From positions 16,897-80,896 of the forward strand of contig JAKUPZ010000006.1 in assembly GCA_022449765.1 (NCBI GenBank): a DNA stretch of 64,000 bases, given 5' to 3'. The notes under the pieces are model-generated. The model saw nothing but the letters and a program-made list of their open reading frames with translations. It made no database searches and was not told the origin of the DNA. Source of the stretch: Dehalococcoidia bacterium (GTDB lineage: Bacteria > Chloroflexota > Dehalococcoidia > Lucifugimonadales > Australimonadaceae). Shown here piece after piece: positions 46,756-57,100 of this stretch. The number at the start of each line of letters is the position of its first letter. The stretch's first letter is position 1. The position numbers were made by a program, and so were the translations under genes.

Positions 46756-47370
46756 CTAAGATGAAGGACCAGCACCTTCTAGTATAGGCAAAACTTCAGA
46801 TAGTTCCCTAATAGTAAAATTACCTGTTATCCCAAACCCTGCAAATAAGCATCCTGCAGCCATAGCTGCATCACGATCCTTGGATGAATCTCCAACAAAT
46901 AAAACTTCCCAGGGAGGCACATTTAATAATTCGCAAGCTCTGAATATCATATCGGGGGCAGGTTTTGCACGGTATTCATCACCGGCTCCAACAAGAATGT
47001 TGGGGAGTAAGTTTTTTGTTTCTAAAATATCACGTGCAACTGCGGAATTTGCATTAGTAATTACCGCAGAGTGAATTCCCCGCATTTCCAAATTATCTAA
47101 CAGTTCTTTCGCCCCTTTATTTTCTTGAAGGTTTTCAAAATAAACATTTGGGTTTGATTGCATGTATTTTCCGAAATGGTAATTCTTAATCTCTGGATAG
47201 TGCTCCTTTATTGCTTCTTCAATTGAAGTAGAAAAAAGCTCTTTAGCAACCTTGCTGTCAATATTTGGATAGCCAAAATTTCGGGCAACGCCATTAAGTA
47301 ATGCCAAGTTAGCTTCAAAACTGTCGACCAGAACCCCATCTAGGTCAAAAAAAACTGCACTTAATTCCAT
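46756..47370 (-). CDS. HAD-superfamily hydrolase (phosphatase-like)
   Basis: It has motif I FFDLDGVLVDS and motif IV VGDSSKDRDAA. Confidence 0.75.
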   Translation of the reverse strand: MELSAVFFDLDGVLVDSFEANLALLNGVARNFGYPNIDSKVAKELFSTSIEEAIKEHYPEIKNYHFGKYMQSNPNVYFENLQENKGAKELLDNLEMRGIHSAVITNANSAVARDILETKNLLPNILVGAGDEYRAKPAPDMIFRACELLNVPPWEVLFVGDSSKDRDAAMAAGCLFAGFGITGNFTIRELSEVLPILEGAGPSS

Positions 47371-47619
47371 TCTATAATCATACTAGGAATATCCTGCATA
47401 CGTACTTTGATTAAATTTTGAATGAACGCATCAATAGTATTAGCTGCAACATACTTCGATAATTAACTTATACATAACCAGTGAAATCAAGTATATGAGC
47501 TTTAGTGGGACAAGCCTAACAGTTCGAATGTCCTTGTCTGCTTTACCCGAAGCATATAACCTCCGGCTATCGAAATTTATAAGTAGTTACGTCCACACAT
47601 AAAGAAACGGGAGATCACC

Positions 47620-47742
47620 ATGGTAAACAAGTCTGACTTAACTTCATTACAAGTTGAGATTAAACAGCTCCGAATGGAGATTGAATCTTTAAAATCTATT
47701 GTCAAAACATTACAAGAATCAAAAGGCTCTGACAAAAAATAA
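47620..47742 (+). CDS. possible 40-aa coiled-coil small protein (not in the ORF track)
   Basis: The ATG is preceded by GGGAG at -9. The translation MVNKSDLTSLQVEIKQLRMEIESLKSIVKTLQESKGSDKK is heptad-like. Confidence 0.3.
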   Translation: MVNKSDLTSLQVEIKQLRMEIESLKSIVKTLQESKGSDKK

Positions 47743-47777
47743 TTGCAATACAGAGCAATACGCATGGGATTTAACAA

Positions 47778-48998
47778 ATGAGCGGAATTACAAAAGCAAG
47801 GATGGCCGAATCCGGATTATATGCGCATACAACTGCATACAGTCTAGTATTAGGTGCCATTATTGTTCTTGTCCCACTCTACATTCTCTCACTAGGCTAC
47901 AGCCCTGCTGGCTTGGGACTGATAATTGCAGGTCAAGGAGTATTTCAAGTAGGGCTACGTCTCTTTGGGGGAATACTTTCTGATAGGTTAGGCGAACGAT
48001 GGGTCATGCAATGCGCTCTGGCTGCAATGGCATGTGGCTCATTTGCATTGGCTTTCTCAGAGTCCGTTTTCTGGATGATCATCGCGCAAGCATTATTTGG
48101 AGGTTCACGATCAATCTATTGGGTGGCGGCGCAATCCTATGGCACCCGTATTGATGAAGACAGGCCAGCAGCAATCATGGGCCGCTTCTTTGGTTTCGGA
48201 TCAGCTGGCTCGATAATTGGAAATGGGGGAGCTGCAGTAGTAGCCGCTACTTTTGGTTTTGAGACAGGGTTCATACTAGTGGCAATTATCTCTATTGCAT
48301 CTATGATCGTGGTTGCTATTACGCCTAAAATTCCTAATCCATCCCAACGGACTTTAAAGGAAATCCTATCGCCAGTACCAAAAGTGTTCCTGAAAAAAGC
48401 AATTGTACTGCCAGCCATACTGGCTTTTGGCACGTCACTTCAGATGGGCGTAATGGGCTCTATAGGAGCTGCCCTTTTCGAAGAATTTGGTTTCCTTGAT
48501 AAGGACGCAGCTATAACTTTTGGAATGATTGCGATGGACAAATATGGTTTCTTAATGTCTACACATGCAATTGGATCTGTAATTGCAGGCTTTACGTTCG
48601 CTAAATTCATTACAAAAGCTGGCCAGCAAATTACCTATGCACTGACAATGGGAGGGAATGGTGTATTGTTGCTTTCCATTGTTTTCATAGGAGATATATT
48701 TCTAATTGCAACATTAATGATGTTCACTCTGGGATTGGCATTTAATTCAGGCCGCGTATTCAACTCAAGCCTTACTGCAATGGCAAGTTTGCCAGAACAA
48801 AGAGGGGTATTCATGGCAGTTGTTGGAATATATTGGGCATTAGGTGTATTTATTGGACCATTCGTATTTGGACCACTTGCAGAATTAACCAGCCTTTCTA
48901 TTTCCATCTCAGTTGTTGGGATACTCATGTTAATTGCGGCCGTTATGACCCCTGTTTTGTTTCGAATAACAATTCCAACTAAGAATTCAGTTGACTAG
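47778..48998 (+). CDS. MFS transporter
   Basis: 406 aa with 12 predicted TM helices and an MFS loop motif GILSDRLGERW between TM2 and TM3. Confidence 0.8.
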   Translation: MSGITKARMAESGLYAHTTAYSLVLGAIIVLVPLYILSLGYSPAGLGLIIAGQGVFQVGLRLFGGILSDRLGERWVMQCALAAMACGSFALAFSESVFWMIIAQALFGGSRSIYWVAAQSYGTRIDEDRPAAIMGRFFGFGSAGSIIGNGGAAVVAATFGFETGFILVAIISIASMIVVAITPKIPNPSQRTLKEILSPVPKVFLKKAIVLPAILAFGTSLQMGVMGSIGAALFEEFGFLDKDAAITFGMIAMDKYGFLMSTHAIGSVIAGFTFAKFITKAGQQITYALTMGGNGVLLLSIVFIGDIFLIATLMMFTLGLAFNSGRVFNSSLTAMASLPEQRGVFMAVVGIYWALGVFIGPFVFGPLAELTSLSISISVVGILMLIAAVMTPVLFRITIPTKNSVD

Positions 48999-49176
48999 AG
49001 GGCTCAAGAATTTCCCGTGCGTTTCGGCTTAATCTTTGACGCGTCGTCACTATATAGTGGCCACAATTAAGGCAGCGCATTCCTATATCTACCCCTAATC
49101 TCTCTACTCGCCACTCATAACTACCACATGGATGAGGCTTTCTAAGTATTACACGCGAGCCAAACTGGAAATTCAT
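48979..49176 (-). CDS. DUF951 family small zinc-ribbon-like protein
   Basis: The pattern is RKPHPCGSYEWRVERLGVDIGMRCLNCGH. The ATG at 49176 forms an ATGA overlap with the pyrF stop. Confidence 0.6.
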   Translation of the reverse strand: MNFQFGSRVILRKPHPCGSYEWRVERLGVDIGMRCLNCGHYIVTTRQRLSRNAREILEPSSQLNS

Positions 49177-50003
49177 TCCCATTTATGGCCCATTTCTAGT
49201 AATTCATAGTTGATAGCATTTCTCAAAGATAAAGCTTCGTTCCTAGCTGCATTGGCAAAATCTATTTCGTTTGAAGCAAAAATTATACTTCTTGAGGCAT
49301 TAATTATGGCTCTTCTGCCGTTGGAATCTACACCATAATTAACAGAGCTCTTCAAATCACCACCCTGAGCGCCGATCCCCGGAATCAATATAGGTAAAGT
49401 GTCGCATATCCCGCGAATTTCTTTTAGCTCTGCTGGGTTAGTCGCTCCGACAACTAACCCCAAATTATCTGATGTATTCCAACTGTTAGCTTTATGCGCA
49501 ATATGCTCATAAAGAGGGCGAGTGGTTAAGTCGGCATCAGTTACGGATAATTCTTGGAAATCTGCTCCACCAGGGTTTGATGTTCTAATCAAAATGAAAA
49601 TCCCTTTATCCGAATAATCAATAAACGGTTGAATCGAATCTAATCCCATATAAGGGCTGACAGTAACTGCATCAGCGCCCCATACTTCAAACGCTGCTTT
49701 TGCGTAAGCAACTGATGTATTGCCAAGATCTCCTCTTTTAACGTCAAGAATGACCGGTATACCGCTAGGAATAGCATTTAACGTTTTCTCTAACGCCCTA
49801 AGACCCTGAAGGCCTTCAGCTTCAAAAAATGCAAATTGTGGCTTATACGCACAAACTAAGTCGGAAGTTGCCTGAATAATTTCTTTGTTAAATTCTGCGA
49901 TATCCTTGATAGGCATTGAAGGTAGCCACGGATCAAGACCTACGCATAGTAAACTTTTATTCAGGCGTGATATTCCTTCAAGCCGATTGATAAACTTATC
50001 CAT
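49173..50003 (-). CDS. pyrF: orotidine 5'-phosphate decarboxylase (long, type 2)
   Basis: It has LCVGLDP, ILDVKRGDLGNT and PGIGAQGG motifs. Confidence 0.85.
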   Translation of the reverse strand: MDKFINRLEGISRLNKSLLCVGLDPWLPSMPIKDIAEFNKEIIQATSDLVCAYKPQFAFFEAEGLQGLRALEKTLNAIPSGIPVILDVKRGDLGNTSVAYAKAAFEVWGADAVTVSPYMGLDSIQPFIDYSDKGIFILIRTSNPGGADFQELSVTDADLTTRPLYEHIAHKANSWNTSDNLGLVVGATNPAELKEIRGICDTLPILIPGIGAQGGDLKSSVNYGVDSNGRRAIINASRSIIFASNEIDFANAARNEALSLRNAINYELLEMGHKWE

Positions 50004-50060
50004 ATATTGAGTCTATCAGCATAGACAATGTGAGTGTCTAGGTAAGGGATTACTAAATTA

Positions 50061-50756
50061 ATGAGCAATTTAATCGATTTCCCCAAAAAGCTTATGCTGA
50101 TTTTCGAATTATTACATGAGTACTATGGTGATCAGGATTGGTGGCCAAGTGAAAGTCAGTTTGAAACTATAGTTGGTGCTATTTTGACGCAAAACACTGC
50201 ATGGAAAAATGCGGAATATGCGATCCTGAATTTAAAGGAAGCTAATTTAATGGCTCCAAGTGCGATCCGTTCTGTTGATATTTCAGTCTTAGCGGAAACC
50301 ATCCGACCGAGCGGGTATTTCAATTCGAAAGCAATAAAGCTAAAAGCTATATGTGCTTTCTTAGAATTTTATAACGATGACCCTTCACAATGGGAATCCA
50401 TGAATCTTAGGGAACTTAGAAGCCAATTGCTTGGTGTATATGGAATTGGTCCTGAGACAGCAGATGACATTGTTCTCTATGTAGCAAATATGCCATCATT
50501 TGTAATCGATTCCTACACACAAAGGATCATTAGTAGAGTAATACCAAATCTTGAGGTGAGTAAGTATGACGAATTCAAAGCTCTCTTTGAGAATCATCTA
50601 CCGCGCGATGCTAAATTATTCAATGAGTACCATGCTTTATTAGATACACATGCAAAAGAACTTTGCCATAAGAAAATTCCTTCTTGCAATAAATGTCCTC
50701 TAATGAAACATTGCGGAAGTTTTCTAAACCATTCCACAGGAAAGTTTGATGCATAA
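50061..50756 (+). CDS. endonuclease III-related HhH-GPD protein with a 4Fe-4S loop (second paralogue)
   Basis: It has LLGVYGIGPETADDIVLY, and its C-terminus is CHKKIPSCNKCPLMKHC. Confidence 0.7.
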   Translation: MSNLIDFPKKLMLIFELLHEYYGDQDWWPSESQFETIVGAILTQNTAWKNAEYAILNLKEANLMAPSAIRSVDISVLAETIRPSGYFNSKAIKLKAICAFLEFYNDDPSQWESMNLRELRSQLLGVYGIGPETADDIVLYVANMPSFVIDSYTQRIISRVIPNLEVSKYDEFKALFENHLPRDAKLFNEYHALLDTHAKELCHKKIPSCNKCPLMKHCGSFLNHSTGKFDA

Positions 50757-51606
50757 TCTGGTTGAATCCTACACAAGTGCTGATACTCCTTTAGTTATTT
50801 GTGACTACTCGCCTCCGAGATCCCCTCGTCAGCTAAATGTCGAATCTATTGAAAAGCTCCCTATTGATTATTTCTCTGTTGCCTATAACCCAGGAAGATC
50901 GCCAAGGGTTGATTCGATAACAGTGGCACGTTCATTACAGGAAAAAACAGGGAAGCCTGCTATTTTCACAATTGCCACGCGCGATATGAACAAAATTGCT
51001 ATACAGTCTCAGCTTTTAGGTGCATACATGGCAGGGTTAAGTCATGTGTTATTACTTGGTGGAGACTCTCTTTCTCAGGAAGAGTTAGCATTAGGTGCAA
51101 CTGAAGTAAGGAACTATAAACCAACTGAACTGATCGCAAGCACAGCCGAATTGTCTGCAGGTTGGGATTATCGAGGAAAACCGATTCAGCCTCCTCCTAC
51201 TTTTTGTATTGGTGCAGCTCTTGATACCACAAGGGATCTGACTAAAGAAGTCCTCCTTGCTGAGAAAAAAATAGAAGCTGGAGCAAATTTCTTTATTTCC
51301 CAGCCTATTTATGAAATCACCGAGTATCAAAATTTTTTGACAGCCTATAGAAAAATCACCGGTAAAGAACTAAGTGTTCCAGTTTTTTGGGGGCTACAAA
51401 TGCTAACTTCGGATGGTCCAATTTTTGGCAACCCTCCAAAAGCATTTCTTCGCGATTTAGAGGAAGGAATATCCTCAGAAGTGATCGCTAAAAAACAGTT
51501 CGCCGAAATGAAAACTGCTGGCATAAAAGGGGTTTATCTAATTCCCCCTATTTCAGCAAATGGGAGACGATCCTACAGTTCCATTACCCTGTTATTAGAT
51601 AATTAA
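50746..51606 (+). CDS. methylenetetrahydrofolate reductase family protein
   Basis: 286 aa. Its MTHFR-like TIM-barrel pattern includes FSVAYNPGRSP, ATRDMNK, LLLGGD and FISQPIY. Confidence 0.6.
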   Translation: MMHNLVESYTSADTPLVICDYSPPRSPRQLNVESIEKLPIDYFSVAYNPGRSPRVDSITVARSLQEKTGKPAIFTIATRDMNKIAIQSQLLGAYMAGLSHVLLLGGDSLSQEELALGATEVRNYKPTELIASTAELSAGWDYRGKPIQPPPTFCIGAALDTTRDLTKEVLLAEKKIEAGANFFISQPIYEITEYQNFLTAYRKITGKELSVPVFWGLQMLTSDGPIFGNPPKAFLRDLEEGISSEVIAKKQFAEMKTAGIKGVYLIPPISANGRRSYSSITLLLDN

Positions 51607-51612
51607 GCGATC

Positions 51613-51648
51613 AAAAAGGGGCAGACAAAAATGTCTGCCCCTTTTTTT
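51613..51648. terminator. bidirectional rho-independent terminator
   Basis: AAAAAGGGGCAGAC-AAAAAT-GTCTGCCCCTTTTTTT lies between convergent genes. Confidence 0.75.
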
Positions 51649-51664
51649 GATCCATATACGTACT

Positions 51665-52825
51665 CTATGTGGCTCTAGCGTCAGTTACACCTTCCACCCC
51701 AGTACAATAAGGGATGAAAGCTTTCATGTTGCATTGTGCCCCGCTCTTAGCAAGCTCTGCTTCGAAGATTTCATGAATCTCACGATCTTCATCTTCGTAT
51801 TCAACCTGAATTCCCCCCTCCTTTAAGCTAACATCTGCTGTTGCTTTTTGGTTAGGAGCTAAGAAACCTCCATTCCCTCCTCTAAGGGCCATGTAACGTG
51901 CTCTCGTAGTTCCAGAGTTAAAGTGCTGGTGATATGTTCCGTCTCCGGGAATAATTACAACAGTACCTACCTGCCAATCGCATTTAATCATGTCCGACCT
52001 GTCAGGCTTAGTCCACAACAATGAAAACCCAGAATCCCCACTAAGCAAAAACAAATGTGCACCAGGTCCGTGTCGGTGTGCCTTTTTATAAGTACCAATC
52101 GGGAATTCAGATATGTGATTGCCCATATCGTTCTTACCCATTTCTAACATGGCGTTAATTCCACCTGCGCCTCGGTCCTTCCAGCCATATAAGGCCATAT
52201 CAGGGGCGTTAGGAACGAAGTTGGTTTCCCATATTCGCTTGTTATACAAAGTTCCACTACCTGAGAAAAATGATTCATCATTGGAATAACGAGAATGAAA
52301 CATGAAGTCATTTTCAAAAATAAATGAATCATCCCTAAAGAAACGCATCATGTGAGGAGCATTGGTAGTCGCCATATAGCGAACTTTTTCATCACCAGAG
52401 CCGTTGAAATGCTGATACCAAGCATTTAATGGGATTGTAAACAACGAGCCTGTTTTCCATTCAAAAGTTTGCTTATTGTCGTTATCAAGCCAAACAGTTG
52501 TGGCTCCTCTACCGGAAACGATATAAAAATTTATCTCGTACATGTGATGTTCTGGCTCTGATTTTCCACCAGGCCTAATATCAACTACATGTAAGTCGTT
52601 GGGGAGATGGACATTGTCAATATGAACAACTGCGCCTTCGCCTCCTTTTCGTTCCCATGGGCCTACCTCAACTTCATGCCAATTGGGGATATAGAAGCTC
52701 TTGTGGACCATCACTTTTTCGCGTTCCAACCAGTCTTCGTACGCATCAGGTTTACGAAAATCCGTCAACCCATCCGTTGGGGTTTCGGCGATTTTCATAT
52801 CAGTGCCTTGCATGACCATAGTCAA
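51665..52825 (-). CDS. bicupin protein (gentisate-dioxygenase-like fold)
   Basis: It has two cupin motifs: EHHMYEINFYIVSGRG and HRHGPGAHLFLLSGDSG...HQHFN. Confidence 0.55.
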   Translation of the reverse strand: MTMVMQGTDMKIAETPTDGLTDFRKPDAYEDWLEREKVMVHKSFYIPNWHEVEVGPWERKGGEGAVVHIDNVHLPNDLHVVDIRPGGKSEPEHHMYEINFYIVSGRGATTVWLDNDNKQTFEWKTGSLFTIPLNAWYQHFNGSGDEKVRYMATTNAPHMMRFFRDDSFIFENDFMFHSRYSNDESFFSGSGTLYNKRIWETNFVPNAPDMALYGWKDRGAGGINAMLEMGKNDMGNHISEFPIGTYKKAHRHGPGAHLFLLSGDSGFSLLWTKPDRSDMIKCDWQVGTVVIIPGDGTYHQHFNSGTTRARYMALRGGNGGFLAPNQKATADVSLKEGGIQVEYEDEDREIHEIFEAELAKSGAQCNMKAFIPYCTGVEGVTDARAT

Positions 52826-52917
52826 ATTCCTCCGCTGCGCCTGTAAATTTCATCCAACTAATGTCAGATAGCGTGAGGGTATCTCAAGTAAGCAAAAGGT
52901 TCAAATGTAAATGTAAA

Positions 52918-54111
52918 TTATCTTTGAGGAACTGCCTTCGGTTCTGTACGATTCAAGATGGCTAGGTGGGGTAAATTCCTGAATTTACCCATGTAATCTA
53001 AGCCGTATCCGACTAAAAATTCATCAGGGATTTCAAAACCCACGTATCCGATTGGAATCCCTGCCATTCTGCGAACAGGCTTATCAAGAAGCGTACAAAT
53101 CTTAATACTTGCAGGCTCTTTAGCCTGCAAATGCTCTACCAAATATCGAAGTGTTAAACCTGTATCAACTATGTCTTCTACAATAATCACGTGCTTGCCC
53201 TTAAGCTCAGTCAATGAGTCCCTCAGCACTTCTATGCCACCGTCTGTTTCTTCGCCATAGTGAGTTATTTCCATAAATTCAATTTGCAAATCCAAATCAA
53301 TAGACCGCATGAGATCAGCCATGAAAACTACAACGCCTCGCAATACTCCTATGAGAACAGGCTCCTCACCTTCATAATCCTTAGTGATTTCTTTAGCTAA
53401 TTCCTCAACTCTAGTTTGAACAACTTCTTCACTGAACAGGATTTTTCCTGTCCCCTCAATCGGAGCATCTGCAAGGGGGCCAAATCCATATTTACCCATC
53501 AGCCTCATAAGATCCCTGCGGTAGAGCAATTGCACGTTCACTTCAGGATATAGCTCACGCACAGTTCGTAATTTTCGATTCTTAAGGGTAACTAAATTTT
53601 GCTTCATCGTAGTGAGTTCAAAATACTGATCATATTCAGGCAAATAGAAATCAGGTGTGAACATTTGAACTACTCGATTGCCGTCCCATTTCAATGGAAA
53701 GGATCTTGGTTCATATAAATAATTAATTTTGTAATAATCGAGTAAATCGGCAAACTCTTGCTCACTTGGATGCATAAAGGCTTTGGCTTTACCCTCAGGA
53801 GCAGATGGTTGGCTAGCATTCAATGGGGGAGTTGAAACATATTCTTGATTAGTATCCAGAGGACTTACTTCTTGCTCAGGGTCGCTTTTTTCACTTGTAC
53901 TTCTGCGTATTGGCTTGCGTCGGTACGTTCTCTTAGGTCGTGGAGCAACTGCCTGTTCAAGGGGTTCAGGGTTAGAAGATTCTGTCAAACTCCCTGCCTT
54001 GCTATCAGTTTTTGGCGAGCGCCTAGAAACAACGCCTCTTCGGTTAGGTTGGGGAGTATCTTCTAAAGGTTCAGGCCCGGATTTTTCAATCATATTATGT
54101 GATAACTGCAC
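52918..54111 (-). CDS. hpt: hypoxanthine phosphoribosyltransferase fused to an N-terminal extension of about 215 aa (disordered region plus a PD-(D/E)xK-like domain)
   Basis: The C-terminal 180 aa are a canonical HPRT (VLIGVLRGVVVFMADL, PRPP motif VIIVEDIVDTGLT, DEFLVGYGLDY). The N-terminus is Pro/Ser/Glu/Arg-rich, followed by SEQEFADLLD...YEPRSFPL...FTPDFYLPEYDQYFELTTMK. Confidence 0.7.
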   Translation of the reverse strand: MQLSHNMIEKSGPEPLEDTPQPNRRGVVSRRSPKTDSKAGSLTESSNPEPLEQAVAPRPKRTYRRKPIRRSTSEKSDPEQEVSPLDTNQEYVSTPPLNASQPSAPEGKAKAFMHPSEQEFADLLDYYKINYLYEPRSFPLKWDGNRVVQMFTPDFYLPEYDQYFELTTMKQNLVTLKNRKLRTVRELYPEVNVQLLYRRDLMRLMGKYGFGPLADAPIEGTGKILFSEEVVQTRVEELAKEITKDYEGEEPVLIGVLRGVVVFMADLMRSIDLDLQIEFMEITHYGEETDGGIEVLRDSLTELKGKHVIIVEDIVDTGLTLRYLVEHLQAKEPASIKICTLLDKPVRRMAGIPIGYVGFEIPDEFLVGYGLDYMGKFRNLPHLAILNRTEPKAVPQR

Positions 54112-54142
54112 TGCTAATTAACGCGGGCATTGTACAAATAAA

Positions 54143-57100
54143 TCATTCAGCAATGTTTATTTTACCTTGCACATATTCAACAATTGACGCTACGTTGTAA
54201 TCATTACCCCTATCTACTAAAGCTTCTATTGCAGCTCGAGCAGTATCCATAGATGTATAACAAGGAATTCTTCTTTCTGTTGCAGATCGTCTTATTTCAA
54301 ATCCATCTTTCAATGACTGTGCTACTTGTTCAACGGTGTTAATAACAGCGTTCACAGTACCATCTGCAACCACTGAATATGCATTGGGATACGGCTCGCC
54401 AACTTTGTTGACTTCTATGGCATCTATACCAATAGTTCGCATTAATGACGCAGTCCCTTTAGTTGCATAAAGCTGGTAATCTAAAGAAGCGATTGATTTA
54501 AGCCAAGGCACTGCTTCTGCTTTGTCTTTATCGGCAATAGTAACCAATAAGGACCCAGATGTTGGAAGCATTAATCCTGAAGCTACAAGAGCTTTAGCGA
54601 TTGCAAATCTAGGCTCTATGTCTACACCCATTACCTCTCCAGTTGATTTCATTTCTGGACCTAAATAGGTATCTACTCCTGTTAATTTTGACATCGAAAA
54701 TACTGGAGCTTTTACACTGGACAAAGGAGGGATAGGGTACAACCCTCCCTCATATCCTTGCTGCCGTAATGTCTGCCCAATCATTACATTAGTCGCTATT
54801 TGAACCATTGGGATATCAGTGACTTTAGAAATGAAAGGTATTGTTCTGCTAGAACGTGGATTTACTTCGATAACATACACTGAGGAAAGACCAGAATCAG
54901 CTGAAAGAGTAATGCCGTAAGGTCGACTTTCATTCATTATTACGTACTGGATATTCATCAGCCCTTTGACTCCTAGGGCCAAGCCTATCCGTGTACTGTA
55001 ATCGACAATAATGTCCTTCTCGTACTCAGATAAATTATTAGAAGGGAAAAGGGCCATTGAATCACCCGAATGAACACCAGCCCGTTCAATATGCTCCATT
55101 ATGCCAGGGATAAGAACCTTCTCACCGTCTACTACAGCATCAATTTCAACTTCCCTTCCCTGGAAATATTTGTCTATCAGAATTGGTCTGTTCGGCGCAG
55201 CTTCAAAAGCCTTAGCTAAGTACCTTTTAAATTCCACTTCATTATCAACAATTTCCATTGCGCGACCCCCAAGTACATAACTAGGGCGCACTACCAGAGG
55301 GAAATCTATTTCTTGGGCAATTTTTAGACCTTCATCCAGTGATAAAGCAGTAGCTCCTGGAGGTTGGGGAATACCCAAATTTTTCATAAGTTCCCCAAAT
55401 CTCTCCCTATCAGAGGCAATATCTATAGCATCGGCAGATGAACCCAGAATAGGCAAGCCAGCCTCTCCCAACGCCTGACTTAGATTAATTGCAGTTTGTC
55501 CTCCAAATTGCACAACCGAGGGAGGATATTTAGATCCTATACGCTCATTGTCTACAATATCGCGAACGCTTTCTTCATCTAAAGGCTCAAAATAAAGTCG
55601 ATCACTAGTATCAAAGTCAGTTGAAACTGTCTCAGGGTTTGAATTGACCAAAATAGAACTCACACCAGAGGAACCCAAAGCCCATGCTGCGTGCACTGAA
55701 CAATAATCGAATTCGATTCCTTGTCCAATACGAATAGGACCACTTCCAATTACCAGCGCTTTTTCACCTTCCAAAGGAGTAGCTTCGTTTTCCTGTTCGT
55801 AAGTACTATAAAAATAAGTAGTCACTGCTTCAAATTCAGCAGCGCAGGTATCAACCATTTTGTAGACCGGTTTAATATTTTCCTTTATCCGTAACTGTCG
55901 AATTTCTTCAGTTGATAGACCTACTAGAGCGGCTATGGTTTCATCCGGAACTCCGATTGATTTAGCCTCTTGAAGAAGACTATGATCCAATTTTTCCTCA
56001 GTCAGTCTCCGGTACATATGCGCTATGCGTTGCATCCCATGTAGAAACCATGGATCAATATGTGTGATCTTTGCCAGCTCGCTGACATCTGCCTCTTTGC
56101 GAAGAGCGGCAAATACAGCCCAAAGCCGAAGATCAGTCGGGTCAAGAGGGAGGTTTTCAACTTTTGCGTTCTGCCAAGCAGGATCTTCCCAGAGTAAGGA
56201 TTGGCCACCAAGTTCCAATGATCGAACAGCCTTGTGCAGTGCGGCCTCAAAGCTTCGGTCAATTGCCATCACTTCACCAGTGGCCTTCATTTGAGTGCTT
56301 ATTGCTCGATCACCCGTAGCAAATTTGTCAAATGGCCAACGAGGAATCTTAATAACGCAGTAGTCCAAAGCTGGTTCAAAAGCCGCTGCAGTACGTTGCG
56401 TGACTGCATTCGGTATGTCCATAAGCCTTAATCCAACTGCAATTTTTGCGGCAACTCGTGCAATTGGATAGCCTGTTGCCTTAGATGCTAATGCTGATGA
56501 TCTACTGACCCGAGGGTTAACTTCTATTACAAAATATTCTAGAGGGTTTGGATTATCACCTGGCAAAGAATCGCCAATAATCGGATTGGGTGCTAGCCCA
56601 AATTGAATATTACAGCCGCCTTCAATACCTAGCGCCCTAATAATTCTAATGCTCGCGGAACGAAGCATTTGATACTCAATGTCTGAAAGAGTCTGGCTTG
56701 GTGCAATAACTATGCTATCCCCAGTATGGACACCCATCGCATCAAAATTTTCCATATTGCATATGGTTATGCATGTATCGGAAGAATCTCGCATAACTTC
56801 ATATTCAACCTCACGCCATCCTCTCATCGATCTTTCTACTAAGATCTGATTAATCGGACTAGCAGCTAGCCCACTTTCAACAACAGTACGTAGTTCTTCA
56901 AACGTTGTAGCAAAGCCTCCGCCAGTACCGCCTAGCGTGTAAGCAGGGCGCACGACTAGTGGTAGACCCAAGTCATAACCGACCTGCATAGCCTCTTCAA
57001 TAGAGTTAGCAATTTCGCTTGGGGCAATAGGTTCTCCAAGATCATTTAATAAATTTCTAAATAGCTCTCTATCTTCGGCCGTTTTAATGGTATTAATCGA

